From NCBI GenBank assembly GCA_017499595.2, contig CM039003.1, forward strand, positions 3,162,001-3,226,000: 64,000 nucleotides of DNA, written 5' to 3'. Positions 13,170-24,613 of the stretch are shown piece after piece. The DNA is from Psilocybe cubensis (taxonomy: Eukaryota). The position numbers were made by a program, and so were the translations under genes. The notes under the pieces were generated by a model that was not told where the DNA came from, did not search any database, and worked only from the letters and a program-made list of their open reading frames with translations. Positions within the stretch are counted from its first letter, which is position 1; each line of letters opens with the position of its first letter.

Positions 13170-13747
13170 GGTTCGTCCACGAGTTTTTTTTGCGCGGACA
13201 GTCTGGCGGACTGTCCGCCGGACTCAAGGTGTATCTTGTGTGTTTGTGACCATGATGTGACGTCCGAGCCACGTCGCGAGCTCATGAAAGTCTTCCTGGA
13301 CATAGCCCGCCCCCTGATGCGCTACACGGTGCGCACATTGCTCGTAGCGTATTCCACTGCTGCCCCAAACACGTGAGAATTTCTTCGGTGCATTGTGGCT
13401 TTTTTGGATATTGGATGGCTCAACTTCAACTTGCGAACAAGTTTATTCGGACGCGTCAGGGACGCGTTTTTCCTACCCCAATGCAGTCATTCACATGTAC
13501 TCCCATAGAAATAAATCTGTAATATAAATACCAAAACTTCATACAGCCAAAACAATGGTGAACATCCTCTAGGCCAGCTCGGGGGCGGAGGGCGGTAGTG
13601 TGTTGGAGGGGCACTGATCGCTGTCGAGCACAGTGTGCACGGCTGTCACTAACCCAGTCACGCTCGCTCACTATAAGGCCTATAAGTCCGGCAGACTGTC
13701 CGCCGGTCAGTCTGGCGGACAGTCCGCGCCTTTTTTTTTCGCAAACC
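13170..13747. mobile_element. Degenerate MITE-like element with imperfect inverted ends built from GGACAGTCTGGC/GGACTGTCCGCC units
   Basis: GCGCGGACAGTCTGGCGGACTGTCCGCCGGACT at about 13192-13224 mirrors AGTCCGGCAGACTGTCCGCC...GGACAGTCCGCGC at about 13685-13729. No TSD found; boundaries are approximate. Confidence 0.5.
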
Positions 13748-13977
13748 ACCTGCCCTCTTTTTCGATATTGACTCCTGGTGTTTATTTATTGTTAGATTTT
13801 GAGTAACCTCCTATTTGCATATTTCACGCTATTGAAATGAACCCAAACTCTATGCTTAATGACCTTCAACATTTGAAGCTCCTGGAAAAATTTACTTTGA
13901 ACAACGACTGGCCAATGAAAAACTAGATATCCATGTATTCAATTCATCTTCACCAACTATTAAACAGTCTTTTACCC

Positions 13978-14752
13978 CTACAACCCCTCGTATCTCCGGA
14001 ATGCGTCTGTGAATCTTTTCCACCGGCCATCGTTCCAGGAGCAAATATCTTTCCAGTTCTCACTATCCTCATCCAACGCGCGCCTAGCATAAAACAACCA
14101 TGCAGCCAAGACAATATCCGCCCACGTTGGAGTTTCGCCAAAAATATACGTCCCACTCTCGTCGTTGCGGGCATACCACCCATTGATCTTATCCATACAC
14201 TCTTTCAGTTTCTTCCAGTCTTCCGCACGGTTTTTAGTCCGTACCCGCTCCAGTATAGGCGTCGCATGGTCCATCGTGGCAGGCGTGAAGCGAGGCATCA
14301 TCTCCGGATATGTGACGCAAAGGATGACCTCTAATGTTGGGAAAATACTGTCGCCCATAGCGGCCTGCAGAGCGCGGGTGCCGTTTGGGAACAGTTTGGG
14401 GGTAGCTGGGTATGTTTTCTCGAGGTACTCGGCAATGAGTATGGAGTCGGCGATGACGGCGCCTGTGGAAAGGTCGTGTATGAAGGGCACTGTGTACATC
14501 GGACTGCCGTCTGCCTTCTTCCTGGTTGGAAGCGCGCCTAGTTTCTTGCTTTGTGGCTCTATTTCGGGATATTCAACCCAGTGCGTTGTAAATGGTATGC
14601 CTTTAACGTTGAGAGAGAACCTTTGATTCCACTCAGTCAATTCTGAGAACAACGCAGGTGAAGAAAAATATTACAAACCTTGCTTTGCAAACATTCGGGT
14701 TCCATATTTTACCTGGCAAAGAAGACGGTACGTCGTATAGAACAATCGTCAT
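13978..14752 (-). CDS. GSTFuA-like glutathione transferase, paralog 3 (intron 14621-14678)
   Basis: Reads MTIVLYDVPSSLPGKIWNPNVCKAR|FSLNVKGIPFTTHWVEYPEIE...YTVPFIHDLSTG...DSILIAEYLEKTYP...WNDGRW. Confidence 0.92.
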
Positions 14753-15343
14753 TATAAGCGAAAACTACACTGAGTGTTTAGCAGGAGGATGCGGCAAAAG
14801 TCATGTTCATAATATAAAGTTACGCGCAGTGTACTTATACGTTTGTGCTGTACGACGCTTCGAGAGACCTGCGTTCTATGTTTTTGTTCTTTCTTTGTAT
14901 GAAATACGCGAGTTCATGCTGGATGACAAACCCCATCACGGAAATATCGGATATGTTCACTTAGTAATAGTATTGATGCGGAGGTTTGGCGGAGGTTAGG
15001 GATTTGGTTAAACTACTTTAGTCTTGCTTCAGTCTCACTAATTCGTAATCAACCAGCATAATGAACGCATATACTACTCCGTGTAATCATCTTTCTTCGC
15101 ACAAGGTTGGATCTACGGTTTGTTACTTTTCTATTACACGGAATTCACCCGGAATTGGGCGCGACAACAGATTATATAAATATCGCGCAGAGAGCGCTGT
15201 GAGTTGCAGTACCCACGTTGTCACAAGGTCTGCTCAGACTGAAATTTTCATCTCACCAATGATAAAGGAAGAAAGAAATTTGCGATTATGATCACAATTC
15301 ATTATCTCCCAAATGTCCCGTTCAACAGAAGTCTTGTATTCCA

Positions 15344-16141
15344 ATGACGATTATCTTGTACGATATCCCGTCCACTCGCCCAGGAAATATATGGTCTCCC
15401 AACACCTTCAAGACAAGGTATAAAGTATCTTCGGTTATTATCAGCCTACAAAGTACCGATAGCTATCATAGATATTCTTTGAACCTCAAGGGCCTCGAAT
15501 TCACAACCGAATTCGTTGAGTACCCCGACATTGAGCCCGTTTGCAAAGAATTGGGCGTTAAACCCACCTCCAAGAAAGAGGATGGTACCGATCTCTACAC
15601 TTTGCCCGCCATCTACGACCCTTCTACAGGCGTATACGTCGCCGACTCCTTCCCAATCGCCCAATACCTTGACAAAACGTACCCCGACACGCCACCAATT
15701 TTCCCTCGCAACACGGTAGGCCTGCACCGCGCATTCACACTCTCATTCGCACAGCACATTGAACCCCTCTGGGATTTTATCATACCATACACATGCTTCA
15801 TGCTGAACCCGCGCAGCAGCGAGTATTTCCGACGTACAAGGGAGGCGTCGTTTGGAAAAACGATGGAAGAGCTTATTCCCAAGGGAGACGGAGCGGTCGG
15901 GAATTGGGACGTGCTCCGGGAAGGGTTTAGCAAGATCGCGTATGTATACTCGTTCACGGATGATATGGGGCCGTTCCTCATGGGAGACGAGATTACATGG
16001 GGCGATCTTTTGCTGTGTTCCTTCCTCTCGTGGATGAAGATCGTCTGGGGAGAGGACGACCAGAAGTGGAAGGATGTTATGAAATGGGACGGTGGAAGAT
16101 GGGAACGACTGTTCAACGATCTGCAGAAGTATGCAGTTTAG
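15344..16141 (+). CDS. GSTFuA-like glutathione transferase, paralog 4 (intron 15418-15471)
   Basis: Motifs WSPNTFKTR, VEYPDIE, YTLPAIYDPSTG, EYFRRTREASFG, WDGGRW; 54-nt in-frame intron. Confidence 0.93.
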   Translation: MTIILYDIPSTRPGNIWSPNTFKTRYKVSSVIISLQSTDSYHRYSLNLKGLEFTTEFVEYPDIEPVCKELGVKPTSKKEDGTDLYTLPAIYDPSTGVYVADSFPIAQYLDKTYPDTPPIFPRNTVGLHRAFTLSFAQHIEPLWDFIIPYTCFMLNPRSSEYFRRTREASFGKTMEELIPKGDGAVGNWDVLREGFSKIAYVYSFTDDMGPFLMGDEITWGDLLLCSFLSWMKIVWGEDDQKWKDVMKWDGGRWERLFNDLQKYAV

Positions 16142-16575
16142 GTCAAGATATATCGGTACGGGAACTGTATCTCGTACGAGACACTTGAGAGGTTCATAAG
16201 TTGACCCGAACTATGATACAGACTGAAAATTCAAATCTCAGCGACATTTTGAACAATTGCCAACCTGACTCTTGAACGCCATCTAATTTCCATATTTAGG
16301 TGAATGGTCCAGGAGTTGGGTGGTTGGTGTGTGTATCGCCGAATTCGAACCGTAGTTGGGTCGTGGATACAAGAGGTCGTTTTTAAGAGGGCTGTGCCAT
16401 GTGTTCCTGGTTTTCTCTACCACCTCTGATTCACTTTGACGGAATTAATTTAGCAAATAATTACCTCGAGTGTACCGCGAGGTATGTGACTCACAAGATA
16501 TCAATAAACGAGTCAGTGTGCACAGTGACGCTTAAGGAAATAAAATATGACAGCATGCAAAGATAGAAGAAGTAA

Positions 16576-17202
16576 AATCGCAACACACGAACCTATATAA
16601 CATCTCTGCGGGCTCTGTTCTCTTCGTTTGTTACGACAATACCATACTTACAGCATGGCCTTTTCATCCTCGCCTTCTGGCTCACAATATACCATGACCC
16701 GGAGAGAAATGTGCGATGTGAAACTATCGTACCTTCCTCAAAGTTGCCAGATGGAACAGGACCCAACTTCAGCTGTGAGCTGTTTGGATTTGACATCTCA
16801 ATGTCGCCAATGACGGTATTTCAGATATGGGGGGCATGGTCATTCAAAGATCGGCCGTGTGTGTACGATTTGGCCAACGATCCCGAGGGATGGTTCCCCT
16901 CTTCTAATCAAACGTCAATTGCGTGTGATGACCTACCTCCGCTTGGATGGAATGCTTTTGAGAAACAAACCCATTTTACATCGGATGAAAATCGAATCCT
17001 AGCGCGCCGTGAAAGACCCGGTCTGGCACATGTGCTCAAGCGATTTGAGCGTGACCTCATTTTGGCTGAACCTACTTTAAACGAAATATTCTATTTGAAG
17101 TGGAAGACGTATTTATCACTTGCCTATCAAGTCAGACGGCCCAGACGGATGCGCTACATACATATAACACCAGAGTTCGAACGACTGCTTTTAGAATTAT
17201 AG
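16576..17202 (+). CDS. Hypothetical protein exon or gene remnant between GST paralogs 4 and 5
   Basis: About 200 stop-free codons with protein-like composition (...FWLTIYHDPERNVRCE...WGAWSFKDRPCVYDL...). No convincing start or splice model found. Confidence 0.35.
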   Translation, partial: NRNTRTYITSLRALFSSFVTTIPYLQHGLFILAFWLTIYHDPERNVRCETIVPSSKLPDGTGPNFSCELFGFDISMSPMTVFQIWGAWSFKDRPCVYDLANDPEGWFPSSNQTSIACDDLPPLGWNAFEKQTHFTSDENRILARRERPGLAHVLKRFERDLILAEPTLNEIFYLKWKTYLSLAYQVRRPRRMRYIHITPEFERLLLEL

Positions 17203-17732
17203 GTTAAGCAAGGCTCCTAGTATTACGATCAAAGAATGGTATGCACTTACTTGCAGCGAGTAAACGACATACGACGCTCTATTTTATGTTTTATCGAACA
17301 AAGATGGACTTTCTCATAACCTCTGATGAGTGAATTCCACAACCACGGCGCGTTAAGCCGGGAATCGGTTAACGATAGGGCCCGAAATTTACCGGTAGCT
17401 GACTCATTCTCGTGCCGTCTGACAAACCAAAAAAAAAAATTCGAGTAGATGGAACCAGCTTTCGCGTCCTAGACGGTATGATTCAGATAGGACAACATCG
17501 AAGGATAAAAAAGAATATGGTGGGCCAAGGTAACAGCACATTACCTTCAGGTCTAAATGACGTTGCCAGGTGGATTAAAAAAATAGGGGATTATACGACA
17601 AATCAGAAATACCTTCGCATGGGTTCAAAACGATAACATCGTGGAGGGCCCACCTTGATTAAAGATGCCGAAATTGGGGAAAGATAAAAGGGTAGGACTC
17701 GAAAGAACGAATTTTATCCGAGCACTCCCACC

Positions 17733-18528
17733 ATGACGATAATCTTCTACGACATTCCATCCTCTCTCGAGGGCAATGCATGGTCTCCTAATACCTTCAA
17801 GACCAGGTAAGTGAATGGAAGTTGTCAACGTAGCACTGCTCACATACACAATTAATAGGTATACGCTCAACTTCAAGGGGATCCCATACGTCACCGAATG
17901 GGTTGAATATCCCGACATCGAACCCTTATGCAAGAAGCTGGGCATCAAAGCCACATCCAAAAATCCCGACGGAACGGACCACTATACTCTTCCCGCCATT
18001 CACGATCCTTCCACTGGAGTGTACATCGCAGACTCTGTCTTGATTGCGGAATACCTCGACAAGACTTACCCCGACACGCCTCCTGTTTTCCCCCACAACA
18101 CCCTTGGACTGCAGCATGCATTTGCTGCGGCGTTCAGTTCCTCTTTGAGCCCTCTCTGGGAGTTCATCCTTCCCGATACGTGTCTCGTTCTCAACCCCCC
18201 AAGCAAGGAATATTTCCGTCGCACGAGGGAAATCGCATTTGGCAAAACATTGGTTGAGCTTCGACCGAAAGGAGAGTATGCCGAGAAGCGATGGGCAGAA
18301 TTTAAAGCAGGTCTGGGGAAAGTAGACGAGTGGTATTCCAAAGTTGACGGACCTTTCCTGCTGGGAAGCGAAGTGTCTTGGGCTGATATCATTGTTGCCT
18401 CCTATTTGGTTTGGTTGAAGATCGTGTGGAAGGTAGATGGTGAGCGCTGGAAGGACGTCGCAGAGTGGCATGGTGGTAGATGGTCACGCATTATCGACAG
18501 TTTGGATGCATATACTGCGATTCATTAA
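17733..18528 (+). CDS. GSTFuA-like glutathione transferase, paralog 5 (intron 17807-17858)
   Basis: Reads MTIIFYDIPSSLEGNAWSPNTFKTR|YTLNFKGIPYVTEWVEYPDIE...EYFRRTREIAFG...WHGGRW. Confidence 0.93.
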
Positions 18529-19718
18529 GTGCAGTTCATTGTGTTATCATGACCCATTTCCCAGATTTTATATTGTTTGTGTCTGTGGTCGTGCTTGATC
18601 GTCGTCAATAAAGTCAAAGACTTTAGGTTTTCGGGAGTCAACATATCAGGTGTACAACTGTGTTAACTGTCACAATGTGCTAAACAGATACACAGAAAAA
18701 AAACATACATGAGAGCCAGAGACTGTCCCAAACACGGCGATGGGTCGTCTTTACATTTGACCCTTTGCCTTGATTAACTAGTCCGAACTAGAGAGTAATA
18801 AACACGCCCTCAACCCTTCCCACATTCAAACTACGTGGTGGGGGGTTCTTCCTGGCCAGGGAAACCTGCAAGAAGATTGGTTTAAGATATCTGATAGGCC
18901 ATTAGGACACACCGTTGCGATATGGATCTGGCCCTATTCATTGTTCGCAAAGGGGTCGTATCTAGATATTTCCAGGGGTAAAACGAGGCAATTTGCGCCG
19001 GAATTGCCGACCGACGACGCTAAATGGTGTTGGTTGTTGCCCGTCATAAAGGTACCACCAAAAAACAAACAAGGTCACGATCGGATGGCGAACGACGACA
19101 TTATGCATGTCAATTCGCAGATAGAATTGGTTTAACAGGCCCCGGGAGGCTCCCTAGTATCTTGTCCGGATTCTCGCGGGTTATAGTCTTTCTGGGTCGT
19201 GTCCAAAAAACTCGTTCATTGCGAGAAATTGACCCTACTTGGTTTGAAAGTCCGAAGATTACATAAACCGCTGAGTCGATCACCGGAGGCGAAGTTCATT
19301 TACGAGTCTTTGAACCATCTCTGGGTCAGCGCTGGAAGGAGGAGATTTCAAGGTGGCATGATATAGGGGACCCGCTTTCCCACCAGCTTGGAGGAAAAAT
19401 ATTCAGGTGTATATTGAGTGTCTTTAATACCCCGATGTTTCGCTACGAGGTTCAAATCGATCTGACTTTAAACGCCATCGTTCTTAGTTTTTGTAATTGG
19501 AGGATGACAAGATCTTGATCCTTTGCATGGCCTAGGATATCTCATCCCTAAATTTTCTGCGAGTGTCGTTTCTATTTTGGTGGCAATTGAATTCATGCAA
19601 TTCCAACACCGTCTGTTGGCCACAGTTTCGCACAGTGAGATGCAGTGAGAAGATTAATCTCATCTGAAAAGATAAAAGGGCGACGGGGAAACACGATATA
19701 CTAATCGCAGCTTCCAAC

Positions 19719-20554
19719 ATGACAATCATTTTCTTCGATCTCCCTTCCACCCTTCCGGGGAATGCTTGGTCTCCTAGTACTTTCAAGACAAGGTAAGAGT
19801 GGGATCATTAGCTTGAGATATTCATTCAACCAATTCATCCTCCATGACTCACAGATACACTCTCAACTATAAGGGAATTCCCTATACCACGCAATGGGTC
19901 GAGTACCCGGACGTCGAGGCTGTCAGCAAGAAATTGGGCATCAAGCCAACTACCACCAACCCCGACGGAAGCGATCACTACACCCTTCCTGCAATATATG
20001 ATCCTTCCACTGGCGTATACCTAGCGGATTCGATCTTGATTGCGGAGTACCTCGACAAGACCTACCCAGACACGCCGAAAATTTTCCCTCACAACACTGT
20101 TGGCTTACAACACGCCTTTAATGAAGCGCTGGAGACGGCACTGGACCCTTTGTGGGAGTTCATCCTTCCGGACACATGTCCAATCCTCAATCCTCGCAGC
20201 AATGTGTATTTCCGCCGCACCAGGGAGCATGCCTTTGGTATGACTTTGGAGGAGCTACGACCCAGTGGCGAACGTGCAGTGACAAGGTGGGAAGAGCTAA
20301 AGAAGAACTTGGAGAAGGTCGATGCATGGTATTCCAAGGTCGACGGGACGTTCATCCTGGGCAATAAAATCTCTTTCGCAGATATCGTTGTCGCCTCTCA
20401 CTTGATCTGGCTGAGGAAAGTTTGGGGAGATAGGCAGGAATGGAAAGATATTGCTGAGTGGAACGGAGGAAGATGGGAGAATCTCTTGAACGCACTCGAG
20501 AAGTATGCCTCTATCGACGTTGGGGAAGTGCAGAAACATATTTCGGCAATATAA
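19719..20554 (+). CDS. GSTFuA-like glutathione transferase, paralog 6 (intron 19793-19854)
   Basis: Reads MTIIFFDLPSTLPGNAWSPSTFKTR|YTLNYKGIPYTTQWVEYPDVE...YFRRTREHAFG...WNGGRW, with a short C-terminal extension relative to the other paralogs. Confidence 0.93.
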
Positions 20555-20699
20555 AGCTCGGCCGGGACGGTGGACACTGTTAGTAAGGGCTTAGTAACTT
20601 TGTAAACGGTGATCATAAAGCATCAGCGTCTGTTACTCATCACGATCACGAAAATGCCCTTTAAAGCTGGTTCAAAATTGACGAATCGTCTGCAATATC

Positions 20700-21500
20700 A
20701 TGATCGTTCTGTATGACATACCCTCCTCAGCTATAGGAAGCGCTTGGTCTCCGAATACATGGAAAACAAGGTAGGGGTCTGTGGAATCGACTCGGAAGGA
20801 ATTTATTGAAAAAGGGTTCAGATACTCGTTAAATTTTAAAGGACTTGCCTACGTGACTGAATGGGTTGACTATCCTGACATCGAAAGGCTTTCCAAGAAA
20901 TTAGGCATCAAGCCTACAGGACGAAAAACCCATGACGGCAGTGACAGATACACCCTTCCCGCCATATACGACCCGTCCACAGGCGTATACCTTGCCGATT
21001 CTATCCTCATCGCTGAGTACCTTGACAAGACATACCCGATTTCCTCTCCAATCTTCCCTCACAAAAGTGTTGGGCTACAAAATGCTTTCATGGTTGCGAT
21101 TGGCGCTATGGTTTCTCCTATCTGGCAGTTCACGGACTTGCCCGCGGTTGGGATTCTTAACGCTCCTAGCGCACAGTATTTTCGAACGGTGAGGGAGAGG
21201 GCACTAGGTCAATCCCTGGAGGACGCATCTCCGAAAGGACAGTATGCCATTGACCAATGGAAAAGGCTTCAAGAAAATTTCGGAATAGTCGCTAGCTGGT
21301 ATGCCAGTACTGATGCTATTGGGCCGTATTTCATGGGAGATGAGGTATCGTGGGTAGACATGGTTATGGCTTCTTACTTTTCGTGGTTGAAAGTCACCTT
21401 TGGCGAGAACGACACACGTTTTCTTGATATTATGAGGTGGGATGGTGGCCGGTGGCAGCGGTTATATCACGACATGCAGAGATTCGCGACGATTCAGTGA
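20700..21500 (+). CDS. GSTFuA-like glutathione transferase, paralog 7 (intron 20771-20821)
   Basis: Reads MIVLYDIPSSAIGSAWSPNTWKTR|YSLNFKGLAYVTEWVDYPDIE...YTLPAIYDPSTG...WDGGRW. Confidence 0.93.
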
Positions 21501-21587
21501 CCAGAACTTGGACAAATGGTGCATAGTTTTAAGGGAATTTGACCCTGTTTCAGATAGAATAAAAATCGAAGTGTGTTCAAATTTTTT

Positions 21588-23146
21588 CTACTCCTCATCG
21601 CCTACATGAATAACAGCCTTTGCTGTGTTCTTTCCTTTCTGCACGGCAAGAATAAACTCGCCCACTTTATCCAAACCTTCCCAAACCTCTTCTTTATGCT
21701 TAATCTTCCCTGAGGCTACGAGTGGAGGAATCGTCTTGTAGAACTCATCAAAATACTTGTCCTGAAGCCGCGTGACAATAAATCCGTTTAGCGACAAGCT
21801 TTTAGCAAAGACGTTGGCCAGGTTCTAGGAAAACATAGTATGTGAAACAGTCTCTCAAGGTTTTAAAACGGCCGCGGAATGCCACTTACTCTGACTGGAA
21901 CGCCGTTGGGGTCATTATACGCAGATATAAATCCACATTCCTACGACAATAAACATACACAATATTATTTTCAAGATGCTATAATGCTCACAATGAATCT
22001 TCCGTCCACATTAGCAGCATCAAGGGCAGCCTCGAGGCTTTCTCCTCCAACATTGTCCCAGTAACTTTTGCGGTAAAGTGTAAGTGAATCGTCTGTTATG
22101 CATAAAAAGAAATACTCACATATCTATTGGTCCCTCCTTTGCTAGAATTTCTGCAGTATTACAGGTTTTGTAATTGAAAGCAACGTCGACCCCTATCTCC
22201 TTTAAGAACTTCACCTTGTCCTCAGATCCTGCAGAAGCGATGACCCGTAGACCATCCAGCTTAGCGAGCTGTATCACCATCCTGAGCAAAAATATTGAAT
22301 ATTAGTGACTACTGTTTGTTTGCGTGTACTACAGGGATTAAACTTTACTTACGACCCAACAGGTCCAGCACCAGCCGTGACAAATGCGGTTTCACCCTGT
22401 AGATAGATTGATGAAATGGCAATTTCGACATGAATTTAGTACATATCCTTACCCTCTTGGAGTGCGAAAACTCCTTCCAACCGGTATAGGCAGTCATGCC
22501 TGAGTCAAGAAATGTGCTGATGAGTTCATGCTACGGAAGTTCATGAAATTCATGTCTTACCTGGCATTCCGAGCGCCCCAATGAACGTCGACCATGGCAG
22601 ATTATTGGGATTTTGAACAACTTGAAGTCCCTCAAGGTTTTTTCGTACAACGTAGTTTTGATGTTCTTCGATTCGGAAATGAATTAAAAATTACACGAAC
22701 TATACATGCAAATATCTTACCGAATAAACCATGCAGATGATCTCCCTTCTTCACTTCAGGATTCTCCGAACGAATGACAACGCCAATTCCATGGCTATTT
22801 AATCTTTATTACAGGTAATTAATCATCTCTTAAATACAGAGCACCAGATTGCGAACTTACGGTTGTCCAATTTGGAACGCGGAAGCATAAGATTCTACGG
22901 AAGGATCGCGCATGCGTCCTCTCATGTATGGGTCAATGGAAAGCTCAAGGATTTTCACAAGGAAACCCCCGTTGAGTTCAACATGAGCCGTATCGATTAC
23001 TTGAGAATCGTCGTATACTGTAGTCTTCCCAGGTTCAGGGTAACCTAGAAAATCGTCTGTCAAGTTACTTTGGGGGGTTTCTGCGACGGATCTTCACCTT
23101 CGGGGATGGAATTGAAAAGCACACGGCCGTTTGTGCAAGTGGGCAT
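21588..23146 (-). CDS. NADP-dependent zinc-independent MDR oxidoreductase (prostaglandin reductase / alkenal double-bond reductase family); multi-exon
   Basis: Reads MPTCTNGRVLFNSIPEG|YPEPGKTTVYD, with family-typical motifs LELSIDPYMRGRMR, FIGALGMPGMTAY, FVTAGAGPVG, IASAGSEDKV, YWDNVGGESLEAAL, QKGKNTAKAVI. Confidence 0.9.
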
Positions 23147-23258
23147 CCTGTTGTTATAAATGTCGATGGCAGTTGTAAGAGTCGTAGTTAGAGCTGTAGA
23201 AGCTCGATCCTAAAACCTTAGACATCTTTGAAATTGTCTCGGATGATTCTCAAAAAAG

Positions 23259-24109
23259 GGGCACTGGAAAATGTCAGTGCAATGTCAGTGCGGTCAGTGC
23301 ATGTCAGTGCATACCACAGCAATGTCAGTGCAAACTGCAGTAATGTCAGTGCAATGTCAGTGCATGTTTCCAATCATCTATAAATTGGTCAGGGTGTGTC
23401 AGTGCGTCCTGGGTTATGTTAGTGTATTGGTTAGTTCATCGTGTGGTGGCAAAGTTTGTACTTGTTAAATTGAAAGTTGTGGGCGCAACAATGCTTTGAA
23501 ATATTGGCCTTGGCTTGGAGTGCGGTTTTTTAGTAGGGAGGACGTCCCTATGACACAGCTAAAAGGGAAAGGGAACTAAAAAGTCCCATCGGATTCGCAC
23601 CCTAGTTGAGCGGGTCTTTGGGACAGCTGATGGACCGGACGTAATTCATACAGTCTACCTACCTACCATTGTGTTCTTCGTTTGAAATAAAAGATAACAT
23701 GATTATAAGGTAAAAACAATGTCAGTGCATCGTCAGTGCACCATTACTGAAGGTCAGTGTATGTCAGTGCATGTGAGTGCAGCGTCAGTGCACAGTCAGC
23801 GCAGATGCTTGGCGGTCAGTGCATGTGTCAGTGCATCAACTCTTAGCAGTCAGTGTAAAGATAATTCTAGGAAGATAGTAGATTTCTAGACACTTATAAT
23901 CGATTCAAAATCCATCTAAGTAATCCTAAAATAAACATAGTTTTATTGTATAGAAGTACAGACTTCAATTTTTTCACAAATCCTAAGTGATGTCAGTTCA
24001 TGTCAGTGCATAGACATTATATTGTCAGTGCATGTCAGTGCCGACGTGCACTTACATGCACTTACATGCACTTACATGCACTTACATGCACTGACATTTC
24101 TTGTTGCCC
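23259..24109. mobile_element. Non-autonomous Mutator-like (MULE) element, 851 bp, with 9-bp TSD TCAAAAAAG
   Basis: TCAAAAAAG at 23250-23258 and 24110-24118. Imperfect 23-bp TIRs: GGGCACTGGAAAATGTCAGTGCA and TGCACTGACATTTCTTGTTGCCC. Many internal (AT)GTCAGTGCA repeats. Confidence 0.88.
24047..24097. repeat. 10-bp tandem repeat (TGCACTTACA)x4-5 at the right end of the MULE-like element
   Basis: Read directly; it is a variant of the reverse complement of the element's TGTCAGTGCA unit. Confidence 0.9.
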
Positions 24110-24613
24110 TCAAAAAAGAATACTTGAGGCTTGAGTGGATTCTCCTATGCATACCTGACGCCTAATGGTCATTTATTCCGTGCTGATAACACCAAGCTAA
24201 ACCAATTGTTGTGTCCACCCTAACAATCTTGGTGACTTTTTGGCTATCGATTAATGTTCCAGGCAGATGGATCATTCTTTAGTTTTCGTGCCCCACCGAG
24301 GGGATGTAGGTGCCATAGCCATATTAAATGTTCCTCTAAAGATGACTCAGGTTGATGGCGGGTGCAGTTGCGAACGCAAATTTGGCCTGCCTTCTTTGGC
24401 CCATAATACTCATTGTTCAGTGATGGGCCAATGTATGTGCCACTTCGCAAGTCGGGGATATCCTGAAGGTGCCACTTCGTTGTGCCCTGTCACCTTTCGA
24501 AAACATTTAAAGGACCTGGACGTCCAAAACAAGACTTTGATTCTCTTACTGAGTAGCTGATATATCCAGCTCTCACTTTAGACTTTCTGTATCGCTGCAC
24601 ACATTCCTTAAGA

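Noticed and set aside
23271-24097. Regularly recurring GTCAGTGCA units resembling a CRISPR-like array
   Set aside because: The context is eukaryotic, the units are 9-10 bp with irregular spacing, and they lie inside a TIR- and TSD-bounded element; they are transposon subterminal repeats.
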